This document shows positions 54,811-63,724 of a DNA stretch of 64,000 nucleotides, piece by piece. The notes under the pieces are model-generated. The model made no database searches. It was given only the letters and a program-made list of their open reading frames with translations, and was not told the DNA's origin. The translations under genes were made by a program, and so were the position numbers. Origin of the DNA: a virus (Duplodnaviria; Caudoviricetes); IMG/VR virus record IMGVR_UViG_3300042291_000844, positions 64,001 through 128,000 of that record, one strand, 5' to 3'. Within the stretch, counting starts at the first letter, position 1. Every line of letters begins with the position of its first letter.

Positions 54811-55561
54811 CTATATCGTCTTCGGTTAAATCAATTTTTGAAATATCAACCCAAAATGGTTCACTTCTAACTGTGAAATCTCCGGTTTCTAAATAATCAT
54901 TTAACATTTTTTTCTGATGTTGTTTCATCACATTTACAACCTTTGTAATATAATGAGTCTTACAATCTGTCATCTCTCTTATAAGTAGATATAAATGTTT
55001 CTTATTAAAATTTTCTATAAATTCACTTCTACGGAATAATTCTAATACTGCATCTGCAATTTGTATATCTCTTTTTTTATTAAAAATAGTAGTAAGATGT
55101 TTATCCCAATACAATAACATTAGGTCTTTGAATTCTCTAAACTCACTACCTTCCTCTACTTCATAAAAATCATTCTCCGGATTCCAACTTTCTGGCATAT
55201 CGGATATCAATGCATTTTGTTTCCAACGTTTGTAGTTACCATTATTTTTTAAAATCAAATGATTCTTTGCAATAATAGTAAAATATGAAAATGCTCTTCC
55301 CTTACCTTCTTGAAACATATGCATTTTCTCTACTAATGTAGATACAACTTCAGTTTGAATATCTTTTTTAGGAACATCAAAATATGAAAATTTAAAAGTG
55401 TTAATTACATTTTCTGCTAATTTCTCAAAAGGTGCTTTAATTTTTTCTTCGTAAAGTTTACTACGTTTTACGGGGTCTTTCAATTTATTATACTCTACGA
55501 TTGCATCTTGTGCAGGTGTACCGAAATATATTTTTGATTTTGGTTTTCTTTGTTTTGCCAT
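54800..55561 (-). CDS. Phage RNA polymerase sigma-factor-like protein (candidate late sigma)
   Basis: Region-2-like LAENVINTFKF...QTEVV..L.EK...F...KG.AFSYFTIIAKN, resembling gp55-type AFAYFT; C-terminal helical/HTH-like part. Confidence 0.6.
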   Translation of the reverse strand: MAKQRKPKSKIYFGTPAQDAIVEYNKLKDPVKRSKLYEEKIKAPFEKLAENVINTFKFSYFDVPKKDIQTEVVSTLVEKMHMFQEGKGRAFSYFTIIAKNHLILKNNGNYKRWKQNALISDMPESWNPENDFYEVEEGSEFREFKDLMLLYWDKHLTTIFNKKRDIQIADAVLELFRRSEFIENFNKKHLYLLIREMTDCKTHYITKVVNVMKQHQKKMLNDYLETGDFTVRSEPFWVDISKIDLTEDDIDDE

Positions 55562-55569
55562 TTTGGTAA

Positions 55570-55833
55570 TTATAATATTTCGTTTAGATTTTCAACAATT
55601 GTTTTTAATTCGGTAAAAGTTGCACCAACTTCATCATCAGATTCAAATGAACCGCGAGTATCGATGTTCTTTAAATTCTCTAATGCATTAGATACTTTAA
55701 ATTTAACTTCTAATGTAGTTTCTACGAGAGTGTCTTCTAATTCCTCATTTTGTCTCAGCAAATTGAATATACCGATAGTAAATGTTATATTTAACACTAC
55801 TGAAATCAGTAAAATGATGTAAATGTATGTCAT
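55570..55833 (-). CDS. Hypothetical membrane-anchored protein
   Basis: N-terminal hydrophobic helix, short coiled coil. Confidence 0.6.
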   Translation of the reverse strand: MTYIYIILLISVVLNITFTIGIFNLLRQNEELEDTLVETTLEVKFKVSNALENLKNIDTRGSFESDDEVGATFTELKTIVENLNEIL

Positions 55834-55842
55834 AGGTTGTTT

Positions 55843-56097
55843 TTATGCTTCTCCCATTGGTCCGTAATAGATTCCTAACTTAGAATCATCATCAGATGTT
55901 TGAGTATTTGCTTTTTTTATATTGTTTTCTAATTGTTTTACTTTTAATTGAACTTTTTCATACCATTCTTTTTCTGATAATATACCTTTATCTATTAAAA
56001 GATTTACAAGGGTATCGATTACAATACTATGATTTAAAGTGTGTTGTTCTATCTGTTGAAGAATCAATTTCTTCTGCTCCTTTTTGGTTAATTTCAT
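55843..56097 (-). CDS. Hypothetical protein
   Basis: ORF track; overlaps upstream gene by 71 nt. Confidence 0.55.
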   Translation of the reverse strand: MKLTKKEQKKLILQQIEQHTLNHSIVIDTLVNLLIDKGILSEKEWYEKVQLKVKQLENNIKKANTQTSDDDSKLGIYYGPMGEA

Positions 56098-56317
56098 TTA
56101 TTAAATCTTTTATAGTAAAATTATTAGTTTCATCTAAGTTACCAAATGCTTTTTTAATTGATTCTTCATGATAACCCAATGCAGCTGCTAATCTTGCACA
56201 TATAGTTTTAAATTCAAAAATATTCAATTCATCTGGTATTGTAAATTCTATTTCGGATGCTTCTCTTGCATGTTCAATGTAATCATCATCGGTGTACTTA
56301 AATATTAGTTTGGCCAT
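56027..56317 (-). CDS. Hypothetical protein
   Basis: ORF track, co-oriented. Confidence 0.6.
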   Translation of the reverse strand: MAKLIFKYTDDDYIEHAREASEIEFTIPDELNIFEFKTICARLAAALGYHEESIKKAFGNLDETNNFTIKDLINEINQKGAEEIDSSTDRTTHFKS

Positions 56318-56327
56318 ATTGTTGTTT

Positions 56328-57323
56328 TTAGTTTCTATTTATTTTTTTTGTAATATCTCTTGTATAATTGTTATCGTGAAAAAATTCATCAAATAGTGAA
56401 TCATTTTTTATATACCCATCCTTACACATTAAATCAAACATATAATCTGGTAATGTCTTAGAAATCCAATCATTTGATACATCATTAGAATCAAACATAT
56501 CTAACACAAATTTTTTAATTCCATTTACTATTTCAATTTTTTTATCAAAATAAATTTGATTCTCACTTGGGTCTTCATTTATAAACTCACCATTAATAAT
56601 ATCAATATAGGTGCCAACTTTATCAGTTAATACTGATTCTAAAAATATTATATTATCTTTTAATTTATGAGTTTCAAAATCATAAAATCCTTTAACATCT
56701 TCTAATAAGGGATTTCCTTTATAAGTAATATACCTACCTTTAAATTTTAATCCATATGCTTTTTCTATATTGTATTGTGTTGTTCCTTGATAACCAGTAT
56801 CAACCATCAATACATTTTTAGAATCTCCAATAACTTCCGTTATATATTTTTTATACTCATCTCGTGTTATTTTAGATTTTTGTATTATTTCTTTTAAATA
56901 CAAATCTAAATTTGGTAATGTCTCATTACTATCTACTATTACATCGTTTTCAATAATTGGACTTATGCCAAATCTACGTTTTAATAAATTAGATAGTTTT
57001 CCATTATATCGATGTAAATCAAAAGTTCTAAATATATCAGTAGTATTAAAAATTGAAACTATTGTTGATAATGTACGAGATGTTTTAAAATATACTGATT
57101 GTGGTAAATTATATTTCTCTCTAAATAATTCGTAGATTTCTTGTAAAAATAATCCTTCTCTTGAATTAAAAAGAATTTTGTCAGAATCACCTATTTCGGT
57201 TTTTAACCAATCAAAATAATTGAATAACAATGGGCCGTAGTAAATGTATCCTAAATCTTCTAATGAGGTTATACTTATCCAATCTCCTCTATCTAATAAT
57301 AATTTAGTTTGATGGCTTATCAT
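56328..57323 (-). CDS. HAD-associated domain protein of the type found in surface-polysaccharide loci
   Basis: YYGPLL..YFDWL, ILFNSREG, SR, MVDTGYQGTTQ. Confidence 0.55.
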   Translation of the reverse strand: MISHQTKLLLDRGDWISITSLEDLGYIYYGPLLFNYFDWLKTEIGDSDKILFNSREGLFLQEIYELFREKYNLPQSVYFKTSRTLSTIVSIFNTTDIFRTFDLHRYNGKLSNLLKRRFGISPIIENDVIVDSNETLPNLDLYLKEIIQKSKITRDEYKKYITEVIGDSKNVLMVDTGYQGTTQYNIEKAYGLKFKGRYITYKGNPLLEDVKGFYDFETHKLKDNIIFLESVLTDKVGTYIDIINGEFINEDPSENQIYFDKKIEIVNGIKKFVLDMFDSNDVSNDWISKTLPDYMFDLMCKDGYIKNDSLFDEFFHDNNYTRDITKKINRN

Positions 57324-57760
57324 TGTATTCCTATTACTTTAAATGATGGTATACCTAATTCAACCCACATATCTATTATTCGCTCATCATCATCATACGC
57401 ACAAAAAACGTTTTCTTTAATTTCAGTTTCATATATTTTTCTTTTAAAATCAGGTGCTTTTAAAAAATTATTTTCCCAACTTCTCATATATAATTTATCA
57501 TATGATATATCGTACTTTTGTAACCACTCTTTAGTAACCTTTCTAGTGGATTCAGGTCGACCTGTTAATATAATAACTTCAACCCCATTTTCTTTATAGT
57601 TCTTTGCCAATTCAATCATTGGTAAATTAGGTTCATCCATTATCATAGTTTTAGATGAATGGACAATATCCCAATCTAATTTTCCGTTTTCTTTCTTTGC
57701 TAATTCAAATCGTTTATTACTTAAAGACAAAGTATTATCTATATCAATTATTACTATCAT
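57320..57760 (-). CDS. HAD phosphatase, polynucleotide kinase/phosphatase (PseT C-terminal)-like
   Basis: IIDIDNTL (DxD), ILTGRPE, LYMR, FKRKIY, AYDDD. Confidence 0.8.
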   Translation of the reverse strand: MIVIIDIDNTLSLSNKRFELAKKENGKLDWDIVHSSKTMIMDEPNLPMIELAKNYKENGVEVIILTGRPESTRKVTKEWLQKYDISYDKLYMRSWENNFLKAPDFKRKIYETEIKENVFCAYDDDERIIDMWVELGIPSFKVIGIQ

Positions 57761-58956
57761 AATTCTCTTAAACCTTGTTTTTCATAACTTACAGGTACTT
57801 TGATTCCGGTATTACATCCATTACAATTATCACAAAATGTAATATATCCTAAATCGGTATAACCTAAATCAAATTTAATTAACTCTTCATTTGATATTTC
57901 ATTTAAAGTAACAAAATCATTATCACTTAAAGGGAATAAGTTTGTTCTTACTGCTGAGGTATTAAGATGACAATAATAAAACTTACCATCATTCAATCCT
58001 CTAAATGGTGCAGTACAACTATCAAAGTGTTTAATTAGTTTATCTATTTCTAAATTCTTTTTAACTCTTAAATCTCCAAAATCATACCATTCTATTTCAT
58101 TTCTAACATAATGTTTAATGTCATAATTTTTATATTCCTCAATAGTACGCATAACTTTATTTTTAAGTTTAGGTAATTTATCTGAATAATTACTTATACT
58201 TAAAATAACATCACTATCTTTTAATAATTCTAGAGTACTTTCTTTTGGAATAACTGTACCATTAGTAGTGATTATAAATTTATCTAATTTATCTATATGA
58301 TTTAATAAAATATGTTGGATTATATTTTCAATATCTGGATGTAGGAATGGTTCTCCGCCAACTAAATGAAACACACTTACAAAATCTACAACTTTAAAAT
58401 ATGAATCTATATCAGTTATAATAGTTGATAAATTTCTATGATTTGGGTTATCATAATGTGGTATAAACATATTACAATGTGAACACGCTAAGTTACATCT
58501 TTCAGTTACCAATACATCCGTTTGAAATATATGAACTAAATTCTTATGCATTAACGGCCAAATTCCTGCTATGTGTTTGTATGTAGTATGGGTTACATTA
58601 CATTCATCCAAATACTTTGTATATCGTTGTCTATATTCATCCGTTGTAATAATAACCTTTTCATCGCCTTTAAATTCATCAATATGAATTAATTTTATAT
58701 TCCTTCTATCACTTTTATAATATTTGGCTTCTCGATAATAAGAACTTATTTCATTTAAATTATTTATAATCGTACTATTTTTTACATCGTGGTCAACAAT
58801 ATATTTTATTTTTAATGCACCACTCCCAAACAAAAAATCTATACTTCTAATAAATTGGACACACTCTTTACTTGCACCAAATAAAACATATTCAGTTTCG
58901 ATATCCCAATTAGATATAAATTGTTTAAAATTATGTAATTCTGGATTATAAATCAT
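57757..58956 (-). CDS. Radical SAM protein
   Basis: TERCNLACSHC, LVGGEPFLHP, TTNGT, C-terminal CDNCNG. Confidence 0.88.
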   Translation of the reverse strand: MIYNPELHNFKQFISNWDIETEYVLFGASKECVQFIRSIDFLFGSGALKIKYIVDHDVKNSTIINNLNEISSYYREAKYYKSDRRNIKLIHIDEFKGDEKVIITTDEYRQRYTKYLDECNVTHTTYKHIAGIWPLMHKNLVHIFQTDVLVTERCNLACSHCNMFIPHYDNPNHRNLSTIITDIDSYFKVVDFVSVFHLVGGEPFLHPDIENIIQHILLNHIDKLDKFIITTNGTVIPKESTLELLKDSDVILSISNYSDKLPKLKNKVMRTIEEYKNYDIKHYVRNEIEWYDFGDLRVKKNLEIDKLIKHFDSCTAPFRGLNDGKFYYCHLNTSAVRTNLFPLSDNDFVTLNEISNEELIKFDLGYTDLGYITFCDNCNGCNTGIKVPVSYEKQGLREL

Positions 58957-58963
58957 AATTTAC

Positions 58964-59581
58964 TTATAGGATTTTTCCTCCTTGTTCAATTAAACTTTGT
59001 GCTTTTTTATACTTTACAAATTCAGTAGTACCATCTTTTAATTGTACCATCACCATCTCATTTCTACCATAAGTTTTTGGTGCAATATAAGTTGTTGAAT
59101 ATCTACGATTTGGATTTGTAATTAGAATTCCATTTAGGTGGTCAATTTCATGTTGTGCAACAACACATTCCATTAATCCTAAATCATTAAAAAATTCTTC
59201 GGAATCTTTCCAATCACCTAATTCATTATCAGGAGAAAATACAACCGTCCCTAAATTATCACATTCGACTGTAATCTTCTTTGCACGGATTGTTTTAACA
59301 GGACTCTTCATTGTTTTATCAATTGACAAACATTGTTCTACATACGCAACTGAATCCTGTGAGTATTCTACAATTTTTGGGTTGATTAATACTAATGGGT
59401 CTTTTACATTAATTATACATGCTCTAACATCTAATCCTAATTGATTAGCGGATAAACCAATACCACCGAACTTAACTAATCCACTTGCTAATATAGTGGA
59501 AATTGATTCAATATCGGCAGGTGTGAATTTTGTTTCACTAATTGGTTTTGATAATTTTAATTTGTCTTTTACTATGTTCAT
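58964..59581 (-). CDS. def: Peptide deformylase with SEC-C-like C-terminal tail
   Basis: GIGLSANQLG, EQCLS (variant of EGCLS), QHEIDHLNG; tail YGRNE...KYKK. Confidence 0.9.
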   Translation of the reverse strand: MNIVKDKLKLSKPISETKFTPADIESISTILASGLVKFGGIGLSANQLGLDVRACIINVKDPLVLINPKIVEYSQDSVAYVEQCLSIDKTMKSPVKTIRAKKITVECDNLGTVVFSPDNELGDWKDSEEFFNDLGLMECVVAQHEIDHLNGILITNPNRRYSTTYIAPKTYGRNEMVMVQLKDGTTEFVKYKKAQSLIEQGGKIL

Positions 59582-59586
59582 TTTAA

Positions 59587-59802
59587 TTATTTTCTTAATG
59601 GATGATATGGATTTATATAATTTGGTTTAAAATATTCATCAGTATATTCTAACTCATCTGGAAATATGGATAATTGTTTACCATATTCATTTTTAGGTTC
59701 TACTAATTTGTTTGCTAACTTTCTAACTTTCTCACCCAATTCATAATTATTTGGTGTTTCGTTTATTAATGAAAGTGGAATTTCAATCGTTAATTTATTC
59801 AT
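59587..59802 (-). CDS. Hypothetical protein
   Basis: Directly downstream of host-type promoter. Confidence 0.6.
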   Translation of the reverse strand: MNKLTIEIPLSLINETPNNYELGEKVRKLANKLVEPKNEYGKQLSIFPDELEYTDEYFKPNYINPYHPLRK

Positions 59803-59828
59803 ACTATTTATTTTAAAATATTATCTTA

Positions 59829-59860
59829 CAAAGATACAACATTTTTTTGATAAAACCAAA
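59829..59860 (-). promoter_or_regulatory. Bacteroidota sigma70-type promoter TTTG-N20-TATCTTTG
   Basis: Perfect consensus in intergenic gap. Confidence 0.85.
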
Positions 59861-59869
59861 TAATTTTCA

Positions 59870-60115
59870 TTATTTGAATTTAGATAATGTTTTTTCGTTA
59901 CTTTTTGTCTTTGCTTTCTTTGCTTCTTTGGTTTGGGTCTGTATTAATTTCATTCGTTGTGTCCACGCAGGTTTGTATTTAAATTCAACTGATATTGGAC
60001 CATTAGCAAATTTAGTTTTATCATATTTCCAAATAGAAATACATTCATCATCTTCATAGACGTGTTCAAATTTTAATGGTTTATCTTTTACGGATGGTTC
60101 TGGTTTCTTTGCCAT
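59870..60115 (-). CDS. Hypothetical basic protein
   Basis: ORF track, co-oriented. Confidence 0.6.
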   Translation of the reverse strand: MAKKPEPSVKDKPLKFEHVYEDDECISIWKYDKTKFANGPISVEFKYKPAWTQRMKLIQTQTKEAKKAKTKSNEKTLSKFK

Positions 60116-60124
60116 ATAATAAAT

Positions 60125-61300
60125 TTAAAATGAAAAAAATTGATTTACCTTTTCGGTATCTACTCTATTCCCTAATCGTAGTTCACCAATAGGTTTTAAT
60201 AATTCTTCATACCCAACAATACTCTCACCTGTATACTCATGACAATATGATGCTCTTTGTTTTATTGTTTTATATACATCTGAATGGTCATTGTTATTAA
60301 TTCTAACCTTTCCATTGAATAAGGTTGGTTTCCAATTATCAGTATGATGATTTCTATAAATTCCTAATGCAGGATTGATAGTTTTGGTATAAAATTTACC
60401 ACCAATACTTTTTAATATACCACCACAAAATTCTGATATTTTACTTCCAATACCCATACCTTGATAATCTGGGTGTACTACGATTCTACTTTCTCTAAAC
60501 ACTTTAAATCCACCATTCTTTCCTAAGTGTCTACCTATAACGTTTATCCCAATAGGTTTATTGTTCCACTCAAACAAAAGAAATATATAAGTGCGATTTA
60601 CACTCTCCGTTAGATAATGATGTTTTTTGAAGAAGTCAAAAGTTTGAGGTTCGACCCTACTAACTTGTAAAGAGATTTCAGGTCTTCCGAGCCGAAGATA
60701 GTCAGGCCTTTCGAGCCCGCCTCCTTTTAATGGGGTATAAATCCAATCCGGCATTATCCATTCCATAATATCAAAATGACAAGATGCTAGTATAACCTTT
60801 TTCTTTTCTCTACGAATATATTTTTGTAATGCTAAACTCATTGCCTTAGCAACATCTCTATCCACTACTGATGTATATTCATCTACTAAAATAGTTTCAC
60901 CCTCTTTTGATGATGCAACTAAATACGCAAGATACGCACGATATTGTTCTCCGTTACTTAATAAACGAAAAGGTCTTAACCATGTCGGAACTGATGATAA
61001 TCCAATTGATGTTAGGACTCTACTTGCCTCCTCTGGTTCTAACCAATCAAAATTTGAAATAAGGGGTTTATCTACATCAAACTCAATAGTTTTAATACCA
61101 CCTAATTCTTTTAAGATTGTGGATTTACCACTGCCACTTCCGCCATATATCACACCTATATTCCATTCAAACGAATTAAGACCATCGATATCCATTGGTA
61201 TGGTTACGCTGGTCTCTTCTCTATTTTGAATATCAAACGCATCATACACATATTCGGTGTACTTATCATTTTGTATTTTTGATGTAAGTGTAATATTCAT
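60125..61300 (-). CDS. Soluble ABC-type ATPase fused to GNAT acetyltransferase
   Basis: GGSGSGKST, LSNGEQYR, LVDEYTS, SCH; then SRIVVHPDYQGMGIGS (acetyl-CoA motif A). Confidence 0.88.
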   Translation of the reverse strand: MNITLTSKIQNDKYTEYVYDAFDIQNREETSVTIPMDIDGLNSFEWNIGVIYGGSGSGKSTILKELGGIKTIEFDVDKPLISNFDWLEPEEASRVLTSIGLSSVPTWLRPFRLLSNGEQYRAYLAYLVASSKEGETILVDEYTSVVDRDVAKAMSLALQKYIRREKKKVILASCHFDIMEWIMPDWIYTPLKGGGLERPDYLRLGRPEISLQVSRVEPQTFDFFKKHHYLTESVNRTYIFLLFEWNNKPIGINVIGRHLGKNGGFKVFRESRIVVHPDYQGMGIGSKISEFCGGILKSIGGKFYTKTINPALGIYRNHHTDNWKPTLFNGKVRINNNDHSDVYKTIKQRASYCHEYTGESIVGYEELLKPIGELRLGNRVDTEKVNQFFSF

Positions 61301-61301
61301 A

Positions 61302-61628
61302 TTAAATAAATTTATTTATCAATCCCAATAGTATGTACGATAGTTTATATCCTACAAATGCACCTATTGCTGATGGAAATGGAAATATTATTAGTTTTCC
61401 AAAATCAGTTACATATTTAGGTCTATTTACAATTCTACCCATAAAGGTATAATACGTTATGTACCCTATTAGTACTGCAATATCTGCTCGAGTTGCAATG
61501 AATACAACTAACATTGCACCTAAAAATCCAAAAATGAAATTATCTCTTACACCTTCCCATATTTCTTGTGTAGTACAATCTTTCCATTCTTTAATTATCT
61601 TATCTATTTTAGCTCTTTGCTTTCCCAT
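61302..61628 (-). CDS. Hypothetical membrane protein
   Basis: Three hydrophobic segments. Confidence 0.65.
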   Translation of the reverse strand: MGKQRAKIDKIIKEWKDCTTQEIWEGVRDNFIFGFLGAMLVVFIATRADIAVLIGYITYYTFMGRIVNRPKYVTDFGKLIIFPFPSAIGAFVGYKLSYILLGLINKFI

Positions 61629-61633
61629 TCTAT

Positions 61634-62755
61634 TTAATTACTTAGGGGTGCTTTAATTTTTGGATGTGATTCATATCCTATTAATTCAAAACAATCAGGT
61701 CTATAACTTTTAAGTTTTTCATCTAAAGTTTTTTCACCCAATCTTTCTTTAACCAACTGATGTTGATACCAATTCCTTTCCGTTATTTGAATTTTCGGTA
61801 AGTTATACGGGGTTCTACTGATTTGTTCTTTTGCCTGTTCAATATGGTTTTTATATAAATGAACATCTCCTAAGTTTCCAATCAATTCATCTGGCACCAT
61901 ATTAACTTCCTTTGCAATAATCTCCAATAGTAATCCATAAGAAGCAATATTAAATGGTAATCCTAAAAATGTATCAACACTTCTTTGATTCCACATTAAA
62001 GATATAGACCTCTTTGGGGTTGGTGTATAATATGAATTATCAAAATCAGGTAGTTTGTTCGGGTCAAAGAATCTTTCCATACCTGTTTCATAATTGTTAT
62101 TGAACCAAATATTATATCGTCTCTCATCACTCAATTCACTTGTATAAACTTGGAATCCATAATGACAAGGTGGTAGTACCATTTGGTCTAACTCACCCAC
62201 ATTCCAAGCAGATACCATCAATCTTCTACTATCAGGATTTGTTTTGAGTTCGTTGATTAGGTTTTGGATTTGGTCAATCGTTTCGGATTGGAGATAAAAT
62301 CCATCAGTTCCATCCGTATTTCCTTCTACCCAAGTATCACCTTTCCAACTTCTCCATTGTTTTCCATAGATTGGTCCTAAATCTCCCCATTGTTTAGCAA
62401 ACTCATTATTGGTTTTGACCTCTTTGATAAATTCTTCTTTTGTAAGTTGTCCTCCTACATCCATTGATGTTTTGGCTGCATAATTTTTATATGCATCACC
62501 ATCCCAAATATGACAATCGTAATCCAATAAGAACTTGATGTTAGTATCACCTCTTAAAAACCATAGGAGTTCGGTTACGATAGAGTTCCAATGCATCTTC
62601 TTTGTAGTAAGTAAAGGAAATCCTTCACTCATCTTATGACGTATCTGATGACCAAATTCTGATATAGTACCAGTTCCGGTTCTATCTTTTTTCTCTACAC
62701 CAAACGCAATGATATCACTAAGTAATTGTTGATACTTTTTATCTAATGTATTCAT
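61634..62755 (-). CDS. thyA: Thymidylate synthase (with insertions)
   Basis: DRTGTGT, FPLLTTK, ELLWFLRG, LGPIYGKQWR, SRR, LPPCHY, QRSVDTFLGLPFNIASY, GDVHLY. Confidence 0.95.
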   Translation of the reverse strand: MNTLDKKYQQLLSDIIAFGVEKKDRTGTGTISEFGHQIRHKMSEGFPLLTTKKMHWNSIVTELLWFLRGDTNIKFLLDYDCHIWDGDAYKNYAAKTSMDVGGQLTKEEFIKEVKTNNEFAKQWGDLGPIYGKQWRSWKGDTWVEGNTDGTDGFYLQSETIDQIQNLINELKTNPDSRRLMVSAWNVGELDQMVLPPCHYGFQVYTSELSDERRYNIWFNNNYETGMERFFDPNKLPDFDNSYYTPTPKRSISLMWNQRSVDTFLGLPFNIASYGLLLEIIAKEVNMVPDELIGNLGDVHLYKNHIEQAKEQISRTPYNLPKIQITERNWYQHQLVKERLGEKTLDEKLKSYRPDCFELIGYESHPKIKAPLSN

Positions 62756-63027
62756 TAAGCAATTGCTTTTACTTTTGTAAAATTAAAACTTCTCCAACCT
62801 GTTTTTTCTACATCCCAAACTGTAATTAAATCTGATTCAACTACGTTTCCATTTTCATCTAACTTAACAACCTTATCAGTTTTAGGATGAAACTCTTGTG
62901 GGATTTTACTAATTAGTTTTGTACATAACATCGTCCTATCAGTACCATCTGCTTTTGTAAAGGTTACCGATACTACTTCCGTTTGTAATTTTTCTACTAA
63001 TTCATGTTTTGTAATAATTAATTCCAT
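62755..63027 (-). CDS. SH3-like beta-barrel (WYL_2/DUF2693-type) protein
   Basis: VTFTKADGTDRTM.CT...VWDVEKTGWRSF. Confidence 0.75.
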   Translation of the reverse strand: MELIITKHELVEKLQTEVVSVTFTKADGTDRTMLCTKLISKIPQEFHPKTDKVVKLDENGNVVESDLITVWDVEKTGWRSFNFTKVKAIA

Positions 63028-63398
63028 TTTTCCTTTATTTTTATTGTTTTTAAATCGTTTCGTTGTTTAAATTCTCTTTCGGTTTCTCTATCATAGCGTT
63101 CTTTGAATTGTGAAATTCTAACAAACTCTTCGTATGCTTCTCTATGATAATGTTTGATATGTTCTATTCCTAGTTCATATCTGAATATGGTTTCTTCATA
63201 TCTTAATTCTTTATAATCGAACCCATCTCCTTGAACTTTTATTTCAAGTTGTAATGAATCAATTGTACGTTGTAATGAATCTATATTATTATAACTAATT
63301 GTAGTAATTTGCTTTTCCGATGAATTTCTACTCAATCCATATGCAATTATTATAATTATTATTACTAATATTATAGCTAATATATTTGTAGTTCTCAT
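63018..63398 (-). CDS. Hypothetical membrane-anchored coiled-coil protein
   Basis: N-terminal TM helix, IDSLQRTIDSLQ heptads. Confidence 0.6.
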   Translation of the reverse strand: MRTTNILAIILVIIIIIIAYGLSRNSSEKQITTISYNNIDSLQRTIDSLQLEIKVQGDGFDYKELRYEETIFRYELGIEHIKHYHREAYEEFVRISQFKERYDRETEREFKQRNDLKTIKIKEKWN

Positions 63399-63399
63399 A

Positions 63400-63684
63400 T
63401 TATTTTATTTGTATATATTCTGAACGTTTATACTCTTTTTTTAGTTGGTAATCCAATTTCCAATTTTTAATAATTTCTTCTGCTTGAAATTTATTTTGAA
63501 ATGGATAATCACCCGATACCCATACTTTAAAAGGCAATGTACCCATACTTGTTCTGAACCACACTTTTTGTTGTGGTTGGTACATTCGGGTTCCGTTGAC
63601 AACAAAAGTTTCTATTCTATACTTTGGTTTTGCTTCTAATGTTACCACTCCCAATAACATTAGTACTATTAATAGTTTTTTCAT
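63400..63684 (-). CDS. Hypothetical secreted protein
   Basis: MKKLLIVLMLLGVVTLEA signal peptide. Confidence 0.6.
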   Translation of the reverse strand: MKKLLIVLMLLGVVTLEAKPKYRIETFVVNGTRMYQPQQKVWFRTSMGTLPFKVWVSGDYPFQNKFQAEEIIKNWKLDYQLKKEYKRSEYIQIK

Positions 63685-63692
63685 ATCAAAAG

Positions 63693-63724
63693 CTAAGATA
63701 CGAAAAAAATCTTAGAATACCTAA
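63693..63724 (-). promoter_or_regulatory. Bacteroidota-type promoter variant TTAG-N20-TATCTTAG
   Basis: Same spacing as the other three; one mismatch in each box; overlaps inverted repeat ctaagat/atcttag. Confidence 0.6.

Noticed and set aside
124-61656. Plus-strand ORFs in the track (e.g. 124..453, 26326..26982, 37103..37414, 49209..49589) and short minus-strand ORFs nested in other genes
   Set aside because: They are antisense or alternate-frame shadows of well-supported genes, with no motifs; only the RHH ORF at 25418 has independent support
61634-62755. dCMP/dUMP hydroxymethylase for hypermodified DNA
   Set aside because: Retains canonical ThyA motifs including PFN (Asn); insertions lie outside the active site
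63018-63684. Spanin pair (TM coiled-coil plus secreted protein)
   Set aside because: The second gene lacks a lipobox Cys, the genes are not nested, and they sit under a host-type early promoter away from lysis genes
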